Part shown: positions 8,340 through 18,006 of the stretch, piece by piece
Position numbering within the stretch: position 1 is the first letter of the stretch
How the letters are laid out: each line of letters opens with the position of its first letter
NCBI GenBank assembly: GCA_039589315.1
Contig: JBDHHQ010000109.1
Coordinates: 1-18,594, forward strand
Reading direction: 5' to 3'
Length of the DNA stretch: 18,594 nucleotides
Origin: Gemmatimonadota bacterium
GTDB lineage: Bacteria; Gemmatimonadota; Gemmatimonadetes; Longimicrobiales; Gaopeijiaceae
Position numbers and translations under genes: made by a program
Notes under the pieces: generated by a model
The model's database searches: none
Told to the model about the DNA's origin: nothing
What the model saw: only the letters and a program-made list of their open reading frames with translations

Positions 8340-8987
8340 ATGACGTGCTCTCACTGCGTTGGAGCCGGCCGACTCTTCAACCGGAGGCGGGCGGCACGGG
8401 ATCTGAAGCGCTATCGCAGGTCCGGCCCCAGCAAGACCACCGGTTGGCTCCTGGACCACCTCCTCGCCCAAGGCGTCGATGGACTGACGCTCCTGGACAT
8501 CGGCGGGGGCGTCGGCGCCATTCAACACGCCCTCATCGGGGATGGGGGCGTCGTCCAGGCCGCCGCCGTGGATGCCTCGCCAGCGTACGTCGAGGTGGCC
8601 CAGGAGGAGGCTCGTCGGCGGGGCCATGAGGCTCTTGTGCTCCACCACGTCGGTGACTTCGTGGACCACGCCGATCAGGTGACGGAGGCGGACATCGTGA
8701 CGCTGGACCGAGTGGTCTGCTGCTACCCGGCCATGGAGGAGCTCGTCCGCTTGTCTGCCGAGAGGGCGCGGAGGTTCTACGCCCTGGTATTCCCGAGGGA
8801 CGAGTGGTGGATTCGGGTGCTGCTGGCGGTGCCGAACCTCTTCTTGCGGGCGACCCGGAACCCGTTTCGCGTCTTTGTTCACCCACACAATGAGGTGGAG
8901 CGCGTGATTCACGCAGAGGGGCTCCAGCAACGGTTCGGAAAGACAACGGCGTTCTGGCGGGTTGCCGTGTACGAGCGCGCCTCATGA
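8340..8987 (+). CDS. Class I SAM-dependent methyltransferase
   Basis: Motif I LLDIGGGVG, acidic VD after the second strand, GDF and DIVTLDRVVCCYP. Start placed at MTCSHC. Confidence 0.85.
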   Translation: MTCSHCVGAGRLFNRRRAARDLKRYRRSGPSKTTGWLLDHLLAQGVDGLTLLDIGGGVGAIQHALIGDGGVVQAAAVDASPAYVEVAQEEARRRGHEALVLHHVGDFVDHADQVTEADIVTLDRVVCCYPAMEELVRLSAERARRFYALVFPRDEWWIRVLLAVPNLFLRATRNPFRVFVHPHNEVERVIHAEGLQQRFGKTTAFWRVAVYERAS

Positions 8988-11900
8988 CCGTCGAGTCCAC
9001 GAGTCGGGACGTCCTGGGGGTGAGTGGCCGGCCACGTTTCACCACGGACCAGGCATCACAGATCCTCGCCAGGCTCTACGGCATGGAGGGGGCGCTCGCA
9101 CCGCTGCCGAGCGAGCGGGACCAGAACTTCCGTGTCCGTACCGAAGCTGGTGACCTGGCCGTCCTCAAGATCAGCCATCCCGGCGAGGACCGGGCCTTCC
9201 TCGAGCTGCAGCACCTGATCCTGGCCCGCCTGGCCGAAGTCACGCCTCGCTACCGCTTTCCTGGGCCGGTCGTCTCCCGGGAGGGCAGGGCTATCGAGAC
9301 GACGGACCAGCACGGGGCACCGACCCTCGTGCGGGTCCTCAAGTGGGTCCCCGGCGTGCCCTTCGCGCGCGCTCGTCCGCAGACCGCCGATCTTCGCGAG
9401 CGTCTCGGAACGGCGCTGGCCACCGTGGACCGTGCCCTCGCGGACCTGGACCACCCGGCGGCCCATCGCTCGCTGCGCTGGGACCTCCGCCAGGCGGACG
9501 CCGTGATCACCACGAACCTACCCCACATCACGGATGCGGCGCGGCGTCGCCTCGCCGCCCGACTGGCACATGAGGCCGCCGAAGGCGTCGCCGTGAGAGC
9601 CGACCGGCTCCGCACGGGCGTGATCCACAATGACGGCAACGACCACAACGTCCTGGTGACCGACGTCAATGGAGAGCCGGCTGCAGCCGAGACCCGTGCC
9701 GTGGCGGGACTCATCGACTTCGGTGACGTGGTGCACACCTGGCTGGCCGCCGAACCCGCCATCGCGGCGGCGTACGCCATGATGGGTCAGCCCGATCCTC
9801 TGGCCGCGGCGGGCGACCTGGTCGCCGGATACCACCGGGTTCACCCCCTCACCGACGACGAGCTGGCCGCGCTCCCGCATCTGATCGTGCAACGGCTGCT
9901 CGTGAGCGTGGCGCTGGCGCCGGGCCAGGCCGCGGCTGATCCGGACGATCCCTACTTGTCCGTGAGCGAGGCACCGGCATGGGCGCTGCTCCACCGACTG
10001 TCTGAAGACGGCGCGGAGCTCCTCCACTGCACCCTCCGCCAACGTTGCGGGCTGGAACCGTGTCCGGGCTCGCGAGCGCTGGTGGCCTGGCTCAGGGAGA
10101 ACGCCGATCAGGCTGCGCCCGTGTTGGATCCCGATCCGTGCGTGGCACCGTCGTGCATACTGGACCTCTCGGTGGGGAGCCCCGAGCTGGGGAGTGAAGC
10201 GGAAGCGTTGGACGTCGCCGGCTTTACGGAGCTCATCTTCGGGCGCATGGCGGCAGCGGGGGCCCGGGTGGGGATCGGTCTGTACGACGAGGCGCGCCGG
10301 TGGTACGACAGCCCAGCGTACGAGCGACCCGACGAGGCGAGCGAGCGACGGACGATCCACCTGGGCATCGACCTCTTCGCCACTCCCGGCGCATCGGTGC
10401 ACGCACCGTTCGAGGGGGTCGTGTACTCGGTCCAGGACAACGATGCGCGCCTGGACTACGGGCCCACCCTGATCCTGGAGCACGAGCGAGGTGACGGTGG
10501 GCGCTTCCACACCCTATACGGGCACCTGGATCCCGCGGTGTTGGACGGCCTGTCCGTGGGGGACCCGGTGGCGGCCGGCCAGGCCGTCGCGGCCGTCGGC
10601 GACTATCCTCGCAATGGCGATTGGCCGCCCCACCTCCACTTCCAGCTGATCGCCGACACATTGGGGCGCCGGGGCGAGTTCCCCGGAGTCGCGGCGCCGG
10701 CGCACCGGGAGGTATGGCTCTCCCTGAGCCCCGATCCCAACTCGGTGCTCGGGATCGCGGGCCTCGAGCCGGCGAGCAGGGGACTGGGTGAAGACGAGCT
10801 GATGGAGGCCCGACGAGCCCACCTCGGGCCTACGCTGAGCGTCAGCTACAAGAGGCCCCTGAAGATCGTCCGGGGCACAGGCCAGTTCTTGGTCGACGAC
10901 GTGGGTCGCCGCTACCTCGACTGCGTCAACAACGTTGCCCACGTGGGGCATTGCCACCCCAGAGTGGTCGCCGCGGGCGCCCGGCAGATGGCGGTGCTGA
11001 ACACGAACACGCGCTATCTGCACGATCGCCTGGTCGGGTACGCCGAGCGACTGACGAGCACGCTGCCCGAGCCCCTGTCCGTGTGCTTCCTGGTGTGCTC
11101 CGGGAGTGAGGCGAACGAGCTGGCTCTTCGAATGGCTCGGACCCACACCGGAGCTCACGACGTCCTGGTCGTGGAAGGCGCCTACCACGGCAACACGTCC
11201 TCGATGGTGGCCTTGAGCCCGTACAAGTTCGACGGGCCGGGGGGCAGTGGCGCAGCCGACCGCGTTCACAAGGTCGCCATGCCCGATCCCTACCGGGGCC
11301 GGTTTCGGACCGCGGACGGCGATCCCGGAGACTGGTACGGGAGGCACGTGGCCGACGTCGTTGCAGAGCTGGCGAATCGGGGGCGCCGACCCGCCGCGTT
11401 CTTCTGCGAGTCCGCATTGAGCTGTGGCGGACAGATCATCCTGCCCGACGGATACCTGAGGAAGGCAGTGGCGGCGGTGCGTGAGGCCGGCGGCGTCTAC
11501 GTGGCCGACGAAGTCCAGGTGGGGTTCGGACGCGCGGGCTCCCACTTCTGGGCGTTCGAAACCCAGGGCGTCATCCCCGACATCGTCACCATGGGTAAGC
11601 CGATCGGGAACGGTCACCCCATGGGTGCGGTGGTGACCACGCCGGAAGTGGCCGCCAGCTTCGACACGGGCATGGAATACTTCAACACGTTCGGGGGCAA
11701 TCCGGTGTCGTGCGCAGTGGGGCTGGCGGTACTGGACGTCATCGCGGACGAGGGCCTACAGGCTCGGGCCGCTCTCGTAGGTGCCCGCCTGAAGGCGGGC
11801 CTGGCCACTCTGGCCCGACGACACGCTGTCATCGGTGACGTCCGGGGCCTTGGCCTCTTCATCGGCGTCGAGCTCGTGCTGGATCGGACGGCCCGGACAC

Positions 11901-12091
11901 CGGCGCCGGCTCACGCCGCGCACGTCGTGGAGCGCATGCGGGACCACGGCATCCTCCTGAGCACCGACGGACCGGACCACAACGTGATCAAGATCAAGCC
12001 GCCCATGGTGTTCCGTGAGGAAGACGCGGATCGGGTCGTGGCGACGATGGGCCGCATCCTCGAGGAGGACGCCTTTCAGCTCGGTGGATGA
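8984..12091 (+). CDS. Fusion of APH/hydroxylysine-kinase-like phosphotransferase, M23 peptidase-like domain and class III PLP aminotransferase/phospho-lyase
   Basis: Kinase: [23 protein letters not shown]23: [20 protein letters not shown] domain: [52 protein letters not shown] overlap with the upstream gene. Confidence 0.92.
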   Translation: MTVESTSRDVLGVSGRPRFTTDQASQILARLYGMEGALAPLPSERDQNFRVRTEAGDLAVLKISHPGEDRAFLELQHLILARLAEVTPRYRFPGPVVSREGRAIETTDQHGAPTLVRVLKWVPGVPFARARPQTADLRERLGTALATVDRALADLDHPAAHRSLRWDLRQADAVITTNLPHITDAARRRLAARLAHEAAEGVAVRADRLRTGVIHNDGNDHNVLVTDVNGEPAAAETRAVAGLIDFGDVVHTWLAAEPAIAAAYAMMGQPDPLAAAGDLVAGYHRVHPLTDDELAALPHLIVQRLLVSVALAPGQAAADPDDPYLSVSEAPAWALLHRLSEDGAELLHCTLRQRCGLEPCPGSRALVAWLRENADQAAPVLDPDPCVAPSCILDLSVGSPELGSEAEALDVAGFTELIFGRMAAAGARVGIGLYDEARRWYDSPAYERPDEASERRTIHLGIDLFATPGASVHAPFEGVVYSVQDNDARLDYGPTLILEHERGDGGRFHTLYGHLDPAVLDGLSVGDPVAAGQAVAAVGDYPRNGDWPPHLHFQLIADTLGRRGEFPGVAAPAHREVWLSLSPDPNSVLGIAGLEPASRGLGEDELMEARRAHLGPTLSVSYKRPLKIVRGTGQFLVDDVGRRYLDCVNNVAHVGHCHPRVVAAGARQMAVLNTNTRYLHDRLVGYAERLTSTLPEPLSVCFLVCSGSEANELALRMARTHTGAHDVLVVEGAYHGNTSSMVALSPYKFDGPGGSGAADRVHKVAMPDPYRGRFRTADGDPGDWYGRHVADVVAELANRGRRPAAFFCESALSCGGQIILPDGYLRKAVAAVREAGGVYVADEVQVGFGRAGSHFWAFETQGVIPDIVTMGKPIGNGHPMGAVVTTPEVAASFDTGMEYFNTFGGNPVSCAVGLAVLDVIADEGLQARAALVGARLKAGLATLARRHAVIGDVRGLGLFIGVELVLDRTARTPAPAHAAHVVERMRDHGILLSTDGPDHNVIKIKPPMVFREEDADRVVATMGRILEEDAFQLGG

Positions 12092-12147
12092 GCGATCACG
12101 CGTGCTCCACCGATCAGGAGGTCGGGACTACAAACAGCGGCCGTGGC

Positions 12148-12186
12148 TGGCACGGTCCCTGCAACCAACCGCCCCGACCGTGTGTC
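12148..12186 (+). promoter_or_regulatory. Composite promoter-like motif: near-consensus sigma54 TGGCACG-N4-CTGCA overlapping ECF-like TGCAAC-N17-TGTC
   Basis: TGGCACGGTCCCTGCA at 12148-12163; TGCAAC at 12160-12165; TGTC at 12183-12186. Confidence 0.7.
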
Positions 12187-12242
12187 CAACACGGTGAAAG
12201 AGGTGAGGTACCTGTGAGGGGTTTGGGGGGAGGATGAGGACG

Positions 12243-12452
12243 ATGTATCTGACCGATCTGAGGGTCTCGGCCCTGGCTCTGTTCTGCTCCGTGGCGCTGG
12301 TGCTCGGGGCGACTCACTATACCGCCGGCGCGTCCGAATCCTGCGGTGGATGCGTGGAAGTCGAGTCTGTATCCAACGCGAGCGCCGTTCAGGCCACGCG
12401 CGCCGTATCGGAGGAAGCGGCGGTGGCGGCGCCGAGTGGGTCCATGTGCTGA
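12243..12452 (+). CDS. Small exported or membrane-anchored hypothetical protein (about 69 aa) with CGGC
   Basis: ATG 12243 follows GAGGA (alternative ATG 12234). Hydrophobic N-terminal segment, own promoter motif and downstream hairpin. Confidence 0.6.
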   Translation: MYLTDLRVSALALFCSVALVLGATHYTAGASESCGGCVEVESVSNASAVQATRAVSEEAAVAAPSGSMC

Positions 12453-12478
12453 GGTCCCTGGTCGAGCGCTGAAAAGAC

Positions 12479-12509
12479 CGCCGCCCCGAACCATCGGCTC
12501 GGGGCGGCG
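12479..12509. terminator. Hairpin between convergent genes
   Basis: CGCCGCCCCGA-N9-TCGGGGCGGCG, an 11-bp stem. The preceding AAAAG gives a U-tract on the minus strand. Confidence 0.65.
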
Positions 12510-12583
12510 TTCCGACGTCGGGGGCCTCGGTGCCTGTGTCGATGCCGCGCACGGCGTCCCGAGATCGGGACGCGAGCTGAGGA

Positions 12584-13021
12584 TCAGAGGCTCCGCGACC
12601 GGCGTCCCCGCATGCGCTGGCGGGCCTCCTCCCGGTGCTCCTCGAGAATGCGCTCGGCGGTTGCTCGTTGGTTTTCGCCAAGGAGCACCAGGGCCGCCGC
12701 TTCGGCTTCGCGGTTGGCAGCCCGCAGCTCGCCCATGAGGGGTTGCACCTCGTGCCGGCGCGACCGCATGTCGCCTTCGGCCCTCATCTCTTCCAGCTTC
12801 TCCAACGTGGGGGCCGTCTTCTCCTGGAGCTCGCTCCGCAGGGCTCCGAGAGCCTCGACCTGCGCTGCGGTCAGATCGAGATCGTCGGTGTTATCGAGGA
12901 GCACCTGCACGGAGGACATGCCTGGTCCCGGGGGACCCCTTCGTTCTCGTTCTTGAGCCGCGCCGGACGCGGCCAGGGCCAACAGGGCGGTCGTGACTCC
13001 GAATATGACGATACGTTTCAT
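12584..13021 (-). CDS. Secreted helical protein, Spy/CpxP (LTXXQ)-like
   Basis: C-terminal part of the 904-aa track ORF. ATG at 13021 follows GGAGAG; signal peptide MKRIVIFGVTTALLALAASGAAQ; LDLTAAQ and LGENQR motifs; charged helical sequence; 145 aa. Confidence 0.75.
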   Translation of the reverse strand: MKRIVIFGVTTALLALAASGAAQERERRGPPGPGMSSVQVLLDNTDDLDLTAAQVEALGALRSELQEKTAPTLEKLEEMRAEGDMRSRRHEVQPLMGELRAANREAEAAALVLLGENQRATAERILEEHREEARQRMRGRRSRSL

Positions 13022-13252
13022 GGTGGCTCTCCAGAATCGAGTCTCCGGCGGACGTCCACCCGCCACCGATTCGACAGCCACCGGCGTGCATTCGTTAGGC
13101 GCCGGGTCCCGACGGGTGCCGCGGAAGCTGGCGCGGAGGTGTGGGAGGGGAAAGGTTGAGGAGTCTCCTCGGCTCGCTGTGTTCGGTGCCACATCGCAGA
13201 GCGCCAGTCCCGGTTTGGACCTCGTTCTCGCCTCTCCGCGAGGAGGACAAGG

Positions 13253-13669
13253 ATGAAGCGTGCAGGGTACTCCGGAACGCCGCTGGTCCGGAAGCTGGGA
13301 ATCAAGGAAGGCCATCTGGTGGCAGCGCTCAACGCGCCCGAGGGGTTCCCGGCTCTTCTGGAGCCACCCGCCAGCGTCCGGTACCTGGACGCCCTCACGG
13401 GTGACGAGCCCTTCGACGTCATCGTCCTCTTCGTCAAGGAGCTCGCCGCTCTCGAGGCGCAGATTCCCGAGGCCGCGGGCCGTCTTCAGCAGGCAGGAGG
13501 CCTCTGGGTCGGATGGGCCAAGAAGAGCTCGCCATTGGCGGGGGAGCTCACCGGTGACCTCGTGCGGGCGGCGGGGCTGGCGGCCGGACTCGTGGACAAC
13601 AAGGTGTGCGCCATCGACCAGGACTGGTCCGGCCTCCGGTTCGTCTACCGGCTCGAGGACCGAACGTAG
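13253..13669 (+). CDS. DUF3052 family protein
   Basis: AGYSGTPLVRKLGIKEG, GGLWVGWAKKSS, GLVDNKVCAIDQDWSGLRFVYR; RBS GGAGGA. Confidence 0.85.
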   Translation: MKRAGYSGTPLVRKLGIKEGHLVAALNAPEGFPALLEPPASVRYLDALTGDEPFDVIVLFVKELAALEAQIPEAAGRLQQAGGLWVGWAKKSSPLAGELTGDLVRAAGLAAGLVDNKVCAIDQDWSGLRFVYRLEDRT

Positions 13670-13684
13670 CGCGGGAGAGGCACG

Positions 13685-15733
13685 ATCGACGAACCGACCC
13701 CTCCGACGCGTCCCTCCTTCCTGGCGGAGCTTCAGCGACGCCGGGTGATTCGGGTGGCCGTGATGTACGCGGCCGCTGCGTTCGTCGTCCTGCAGGCTGC
13801 CGACATCATCTTCCCGGCCCTGGGGCTTCCCGATTGGTCGTTCCGCCTGCTCGTGGTCCTCTCGCTCCTCGGGTTCCCGGTGGCCATGGTGGCTGCGTGG
13901 GTCTTCGACATCACGCCGGAGGGCGTGAAGCGGACGGAGGACGGCGCCGATGGCGGCACGGTGGCGTCGACGGCGCGACTGACGCTGCTCGCGATCACCG
14001 TGGTGCTCGCGGTGGGGGCCGGCTGGCTCTCCTACCGCTGGGCCCGAGAGGCCGCTCCCGCCGGCGTGGGTGACCCGAGAACGGTGGCCGTGCTGCCCTT
14101 CGAGGACTTCAACCGGCAGGAAGAGACCGCCTTCTTCGCCAGCGGGCTCCACGAGGACGTGTTGAGCCAGCTGGCGAAGATCGGAGACCTCCGGGTGATC
14201 TCCAGGACTTCGGTGCTTCAGTACGCGGGCGGGACCAAGACGGTCCGGGAGATCGGGAGCGAGCTCGGAGCGGGGTCGATCCTGGAGGGCTCGGTGCGTC
14301 AGTCCGGTGACAGCATCCGGGTCGTGCTCCAGCTGGTGGACGCGGCGACGGACGCCCACCTGTGGACCGCGACCTACGACCGGCCCAAGGCCCAGGTCTT
14401 CCAGGTCCAGAGCGAGATCGCACAGGCCGTCGCCGCTGCTCTCCAGGCCGAGCTGTCCGAGGAGGAGCGGCAGCGTATCGCCTCGGCCCCGACGGAGGAC
14501 ATCGAGGCGTACGACCTCTACCAACAGGGCCGAATCCACTTCGACCGGAACGAGGACCTGAGGGACGCCCAAGAGGCCGTGTCCCTCTTCCAGGCCGCGG
14601 TGGATCGGGATCCGGGCTTCGCGGCGGCGTGGTCCTCGCTGTCGGTGGCCCGCATGTGGCTCTACTGGAACTGGCCTGACCACGCAGACCAGGCGGCGTT
14701 GGCGAGCGAGGCGCTGGCGCGCGCCGAGGACCTCGCTCCCGGAACGGCGGAAACGAGCCTGGCGCAGGGGTACTTCGAGTACTGGGGCCGCGGTGATTAT
14801 GCTCGGGCGCTCGAACATTTCGAGGCCGCGTCCCGGTTGATCCCCGGCGACGCTCGGCCGCGGGAGGCCATCGGCTTCGTCCTCCGCAGGCAGGGCCGCT
14901 GGGACGAGGCCGTGGCGATCCTGGAGGAAGCGTCTAGCCTCAATCCCCGCTCCTACAGCCTCGCCTACGCATTGGCCGAGACACTGGCCCGCATGCGCCG
15001 CACCGAGGAGGCCGAGCGTCTCCTCGAGCTGGCCATCACCCTGGCCCCGGATCTTCCGGCGGCGTACGAGCTCAAGCTGGACGTGCAGCTCTGGATGGCG
15101 GGGGACACCGCAGGCGCCCGCGCGCTCCTGGCCGGGGGCACGCAGAGGGTGGGACCGAGGCTCGTGGCGGGAGGCGAAGCGCAGCTGGCCGCCGCCCATG
15201 GCGACCTGGACGCTGCCCTGGCGCGTGGCCGGGCCAGCCGCCCCGAGGACGACGGCGGCCTGCTTCGGTACTTCCGGGACATGGGTCTGCTGCTGCATGC
15301 GGCAGGCCGTTGGGACGAGCGCGCTGCCTACGGCGACTCACTGCGGGTGTTGGCGGAGGCATTCCTCGCCGAATCGGGCGGCCGGCCCGGCACCACGCGC
15401 CCGGGCATGGTAGCGGCGGCCCACGCGTCCCTCGGCATCGCGCACGGGTTGATGGGCGATCGCATGCGGTCCCTGCGGGAGGGCGTCACGGCCACGGCCA
15501 TGCTCCCCCTGACGCAGGACGCCTTTTCCGGTGCCGATCAGCTACGGACGTTGATCGACGTGTACGTTCTGGTGGGGGAGCTCGAGACGGCTCTGGACGA
15601 GATGGAGGGGCTGCTGGCGGTTCCCTCCATGCTCACCCGGGCACGGCTCAGGTCCACGCCCCATTTCGCACCGCTGCGGGACCATCCCCGATTCCAGGCG
15701 CTGGTGACCGATCCACCCGGCCTGGCGCCCTGA
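13685..15733 (+). CDS. Membrane-anchored TolB-N-like plus TPR-repeat protein
   Basis: N-terminal SFLAELQRRRVIRVAVMY, three hydrophobic segments, VAVLPFEDF...LRVISRTSV...ILEGSVR...HLWTATYDR domain, TPR-like repeats and C-terminal FAPLRDHPRFQALV. Start uncertain (ATC 13685 versus GTG 13745). Confidence 0.85.
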   Translation: MDEPTPPTRPSFLAELQRRRVIRVAVMYAAAAFVVLQAADIIFPALGLPDWSFRLLVVLSLLGFPVAMVAAWVFDITPEGVKRTEDGADGGTVASTARLTLLAITVVLAVGAGWLSYRWAREAAPAGVGDPRTVAVLPFEDFNRQEETAFFASGLHEDVLSQLAKIGDLRVISRTSVLQYAGGTKTVREIGSELGAGSILEGSVRQSGDSIRVVLQLVDAATDAHLWTATYDRPKAQVFQVQSEIAQAVAAALQAELSEEERQRIASAPTEDIEAYDLYQQGRIHFDRNEDLRDAQEAVSLFQAAVDRDPGFAAAWSSLSVARMWLYWNWPDHADQAALASEALARAEDLAPGTAETSLAQGYFEYWGRGDYARALEHFEAASRLIPGDARPREAIGFVLRRQGRWDEAVAILEEASSLNPRSYSLAYALAETLARMRRTEEAERLLELAITLAPDLPAAYELKLDVQLWMAGDTAGARALLAGGTQRVGPRLVAGGEAQLAAAHGDLDAALARGRASRPEDDGGLLRYFRDMGLLLHAAGRWDERAAYGDSLRVLAEAFLAESGGRPGTTRPGMVAAAHASLGIAHGLMGDRMRSLREGVTATAMLPLTQDAFSGADQLRTLIDVYVLVGELETALDEMEGLLAVPSMLTRARLRSTPHFAPLRDHPRFQALVTDPPGLAP

Positions 15734-15796
15734 TTCGATGAACCTCCGCCGATTCAAACGAATCAAACAAACCGCACCGCCGCGGGATCAAAGGTT

Positions 15797-16399
15797 GTGA
15801 ACGACGACGAAGCTCCGACAAGGGAGAGGATGACGGCCGTCCCTGCCCGCGGGTACCCGACGGAGGCCGAGGGCGAGCTCAGCACCGAGGTGCTGGTCCG
15901 CCGGGCGCAGCAGGGCGACCCCGACGCCTACGAGGGTGTCTATCGTCGCCTGTCGGGCCGCGTCTACGGATTGTGCCTGCGCATGACGGCCGATCCGCAG
16001 CGGGCCGAGGAGCTCACGCAGGACGCGTTCGTTCGCGCATGGGAACGGCTCGGGTCGTTTCGCGGAGACAGCCGGTTTTCCACCTGGCTGCACCGCCTGA
16101 CGGTGAATCTGGTCCTCCAGAGCCGGAGGAGCGATTCGCGGCGTGCCTCGCGGGAGGCGCCGCTACCCGACGACGAGCGGTACGCCGGAATGGTCAGAGA
16201 GGCCTTTCCGGGCACGCGCATCGACCTGGAACGGGCGATCGCCGGACTGCCCGAGAAGGCTAGGCGGGTGCTCGTACTGCGGGACGTGGAGGGGTACAAG
16301 TACCGCGAAGTAGCGCAAATGGTCGGGGTCACCGTGGGTACGGTGAAGGCCCAGATCCATCGCGCACGCAAGCTGTTGAAGGAAGCGTTGGAACGATGA
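15797..16399 (+). CDS. ECF-family RNA polymerase sigma factor
   Basis: Region 2 AEELTQDAFVRAW...FSTWLHRLTVN and region 4 LPEKARRVLVLRDVEGYKYREVAQMVGVTVGTVKAQIHRAR. Alternative ATG start at 15830. Confidence 0.93.
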   Translation: MNDDEAPTRERMTAVPARGYPTEAEGELSTEVLVRRAQQGDPDAYEGVYRRLSGRVYGLCLRMTADPQRAEELTQDAFVRAWERLGSFRGDSRFSTWLHRLTVNLVLQSRRSDSRRASREAPLPDDERYAGMVREAFPGTRIDLERAIAGLPEKARRVLVLRDVEGYKYREVAQMVGVTVGTVKAQIHRARKLLKEALER

Positions 16400-17085
16400 C
16401 GGAATCGAGAGACACAGGAGACCGAGGCTTCGAAGACCCGACTCGAGGCGCTCCCGAGGACAGGGGCCCGGAGGACGAGGTCGTGGCGGAGCTCGGCCCC
16501 ATGCGGGAGCTGGTCGAGGATCTGGCGGCGCTGCCCCGAGAGGCCCGTCTGCCGCGGGATCTGTGGCCCGGGATTCGGACGCGGATCGCCGGTGCGCCGG
16601 GCTCGGACGTCGTGGCCATCGAGCGAGCGCTCAGGCCGACCGCCCGTCGCTTCACCTTCTCCCTACCTCAGTTGGTGGCCGCTGGCATCGCCCTGGCCTT
16701 CCTCTCGGGCGGTACGGTGTGGCTAGCGCTCTCCACGCAGCCGGCCGCGAGCGGCGCCTCGGTCACCCCTGTCTCGAGCGCACCGCCGGCCGTGGCCGTG
16801 TCGGACGACGGCGGGGTACCGGCCACCACGGTGCAGGACTACGAGAACGCCGTGGCCGAGCTCGAGATGATCCTCGAGGAGGGTCGGCTGGTGCTGGGTC
16901 ACGAGACCATCGAGAGAATCGTAGAGAGCCTCGCGGTGATCGACGACGCCATCGAAGAGGCACGCGAGGCGTTGGACCGGGATCCGGCGAGCGACGTGTT
17001 GAACCGTCTCCTGACCCGGAACATGTGGAAGAAGATGGAGATCCTCAGACAGACTGCCGTGGCCATCCGCGCGCGCAGCACATAG
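16396..17085 (+). CDS. Putative single-pass membrane anti-sigma factor
   Basis: ATGA overlap with the sigma gene, DLWPGIRTRI segment, one transmembrane helix (LVAAGIALAFLSGGTVWLAL) and a helical C-terminal domain. Confidence 0.7.
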   Translation: MTESRDTGDRGFEDPTRGAPEDRGPEDEVVAELGPMRELVEDLAALPREARLPRDLWPGIRTRIAGAPGSDVVAIERALRPTARRFTFSLPQLVAAGIALAFLSGGTVWLALSTQPAASGASVTPVSSAPPAVAVSDDGGVPATTVQDYENAVAELEMILEEGRLVLGHETIERIVESLAVIDDAIEEAREALDRDPASDVLNRLLTRNMWKKMEILRQTAVAIRARST

Positions 17086-17101
17086 ACCGAGAGCGAGAGC
17101 G

Positions 17102-17980
17102 ATGATTACGACGATTGCAGCGCTGGCCCTGACCACGTTCGCGGCCGTACAGCAGACCGATACGATCGTGGAGCTGCGAGGCGCCAACCGCCTCGAGCTG
17201 GAGAACGACGGCGGCCAGGTCGTCGTTCGAACCTGGGATCGTGACGCCGTCCGCATCCAGGCAGACCACTCCAGCCGGACCTTCATCGAGATCGATCACA
17301 ACGGCGACGTCCTGGAGATCCAGCCGGACACGGAGCGTGGGCCGACCACGGTAGTGGACTTCGAGCTCACGATTCCAGCGAGGCTGAATCTGGACATCGA
17401 GGGCATGTTCACCGACGTGAGCATCGAGGGCGCGGACGGCGAGATCGAGGTGGAGACCCTCCAGGGCAACATCCGCATCATGGGAGGCCGGGGCACCATC
17501 GTGGCCGAAGCCACGAACGGCGAGATCAGCGTGGAGGGTGCCGAGGGGACGATCGAGGTCACATCGGTTTCCCAGAGCATAGAAGTGGTCAATTCATCCG
17601 GTGAGATCCTGGCCGAGTCGGTCGGGGGCTCCATCGTGATGCGGGGCATCACCGCCAGCTCGGTGGACGCCGGCACCGTTGGAGGGCGAATCCACTACGA
17701 GGGCGACATCCAGGACGGCGGGCGCTACTTCTTCGGATCTCACGGTGGCCGTGTGACGTTGCAGTTACCCGCTGGAGTCAACGCGACGGTGACCGCCGTG
17801 AGCCTGACGGGAAACGTGCGTGCCGACTATCCGGGGGCACCCACGGAGTTCTCGCCCCGGGAGCGGGACAGCTTCACGCTCGGCACTGGGAGCGCCCGCA
17901 TCGAAGCCGAGACCTTCAGCGGCAGCATCGTCATCGAGCGAGGCGGCGGTGGGGGTGATGGAGGCCCGCCCGACGCGTAA
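17102..17980 (+). CDS. DUF4097 family beta-strand repeat secreted protein
   Basis: Signal peptide; repeated (T/S)xxGxI units; C-terminal GTGSARIEAETFSGSIVIE; usual position after ECF sigma and anti-sigma genes. Confidence 0.82.
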   Translation: MITTIAALALTTFAAVQQTDTIVELRGANRLELENDGGQVVVRTWDRDAVRIQADHSSRTFIEIDHNGDVLEIQPDTERGPTTVVDFELTIPARLNLDIEGMFTDVSIEGADGEIEVETLQGNIRIMGGRGTIVAEATNGEISVEGAEGTIEVTSVSQSIEVVNSSGEILAESVGGSIVMRGITASSVDAGTVGGRIHYEGDIQDGGRYFFGSHGGRVTLQLPAGVNATVTAVSLTGNVRADYPGAPTEFSPRERDSFTLGTGSARIEAETFSGSIVIERGGGGGDGGPPDA

Positions 17981-18006
17981 TCGCGCACTGCCGTGACCGG
18001 CGTCGG

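Noticed and set aside
8340..8987. Calling the methyltransferase bchM
   Set aside because: Only generic fold-level resemblance; no photosynthesis genes in the window.
13667..13669. Pyrrolysine recoding of the in-frame TAG
   Set aside because: DUF3052 appears complete at this stop, an RBS follows it, and no pyl genes are visible.
13022..15298. N-terminal ~760 aa of the 904-aa minus-strand ORF
   Set aside because: Antisense to DUF3052 and the TPR gene. Only 12584-13021 has an RBS, a signal peptide and protein-like character.
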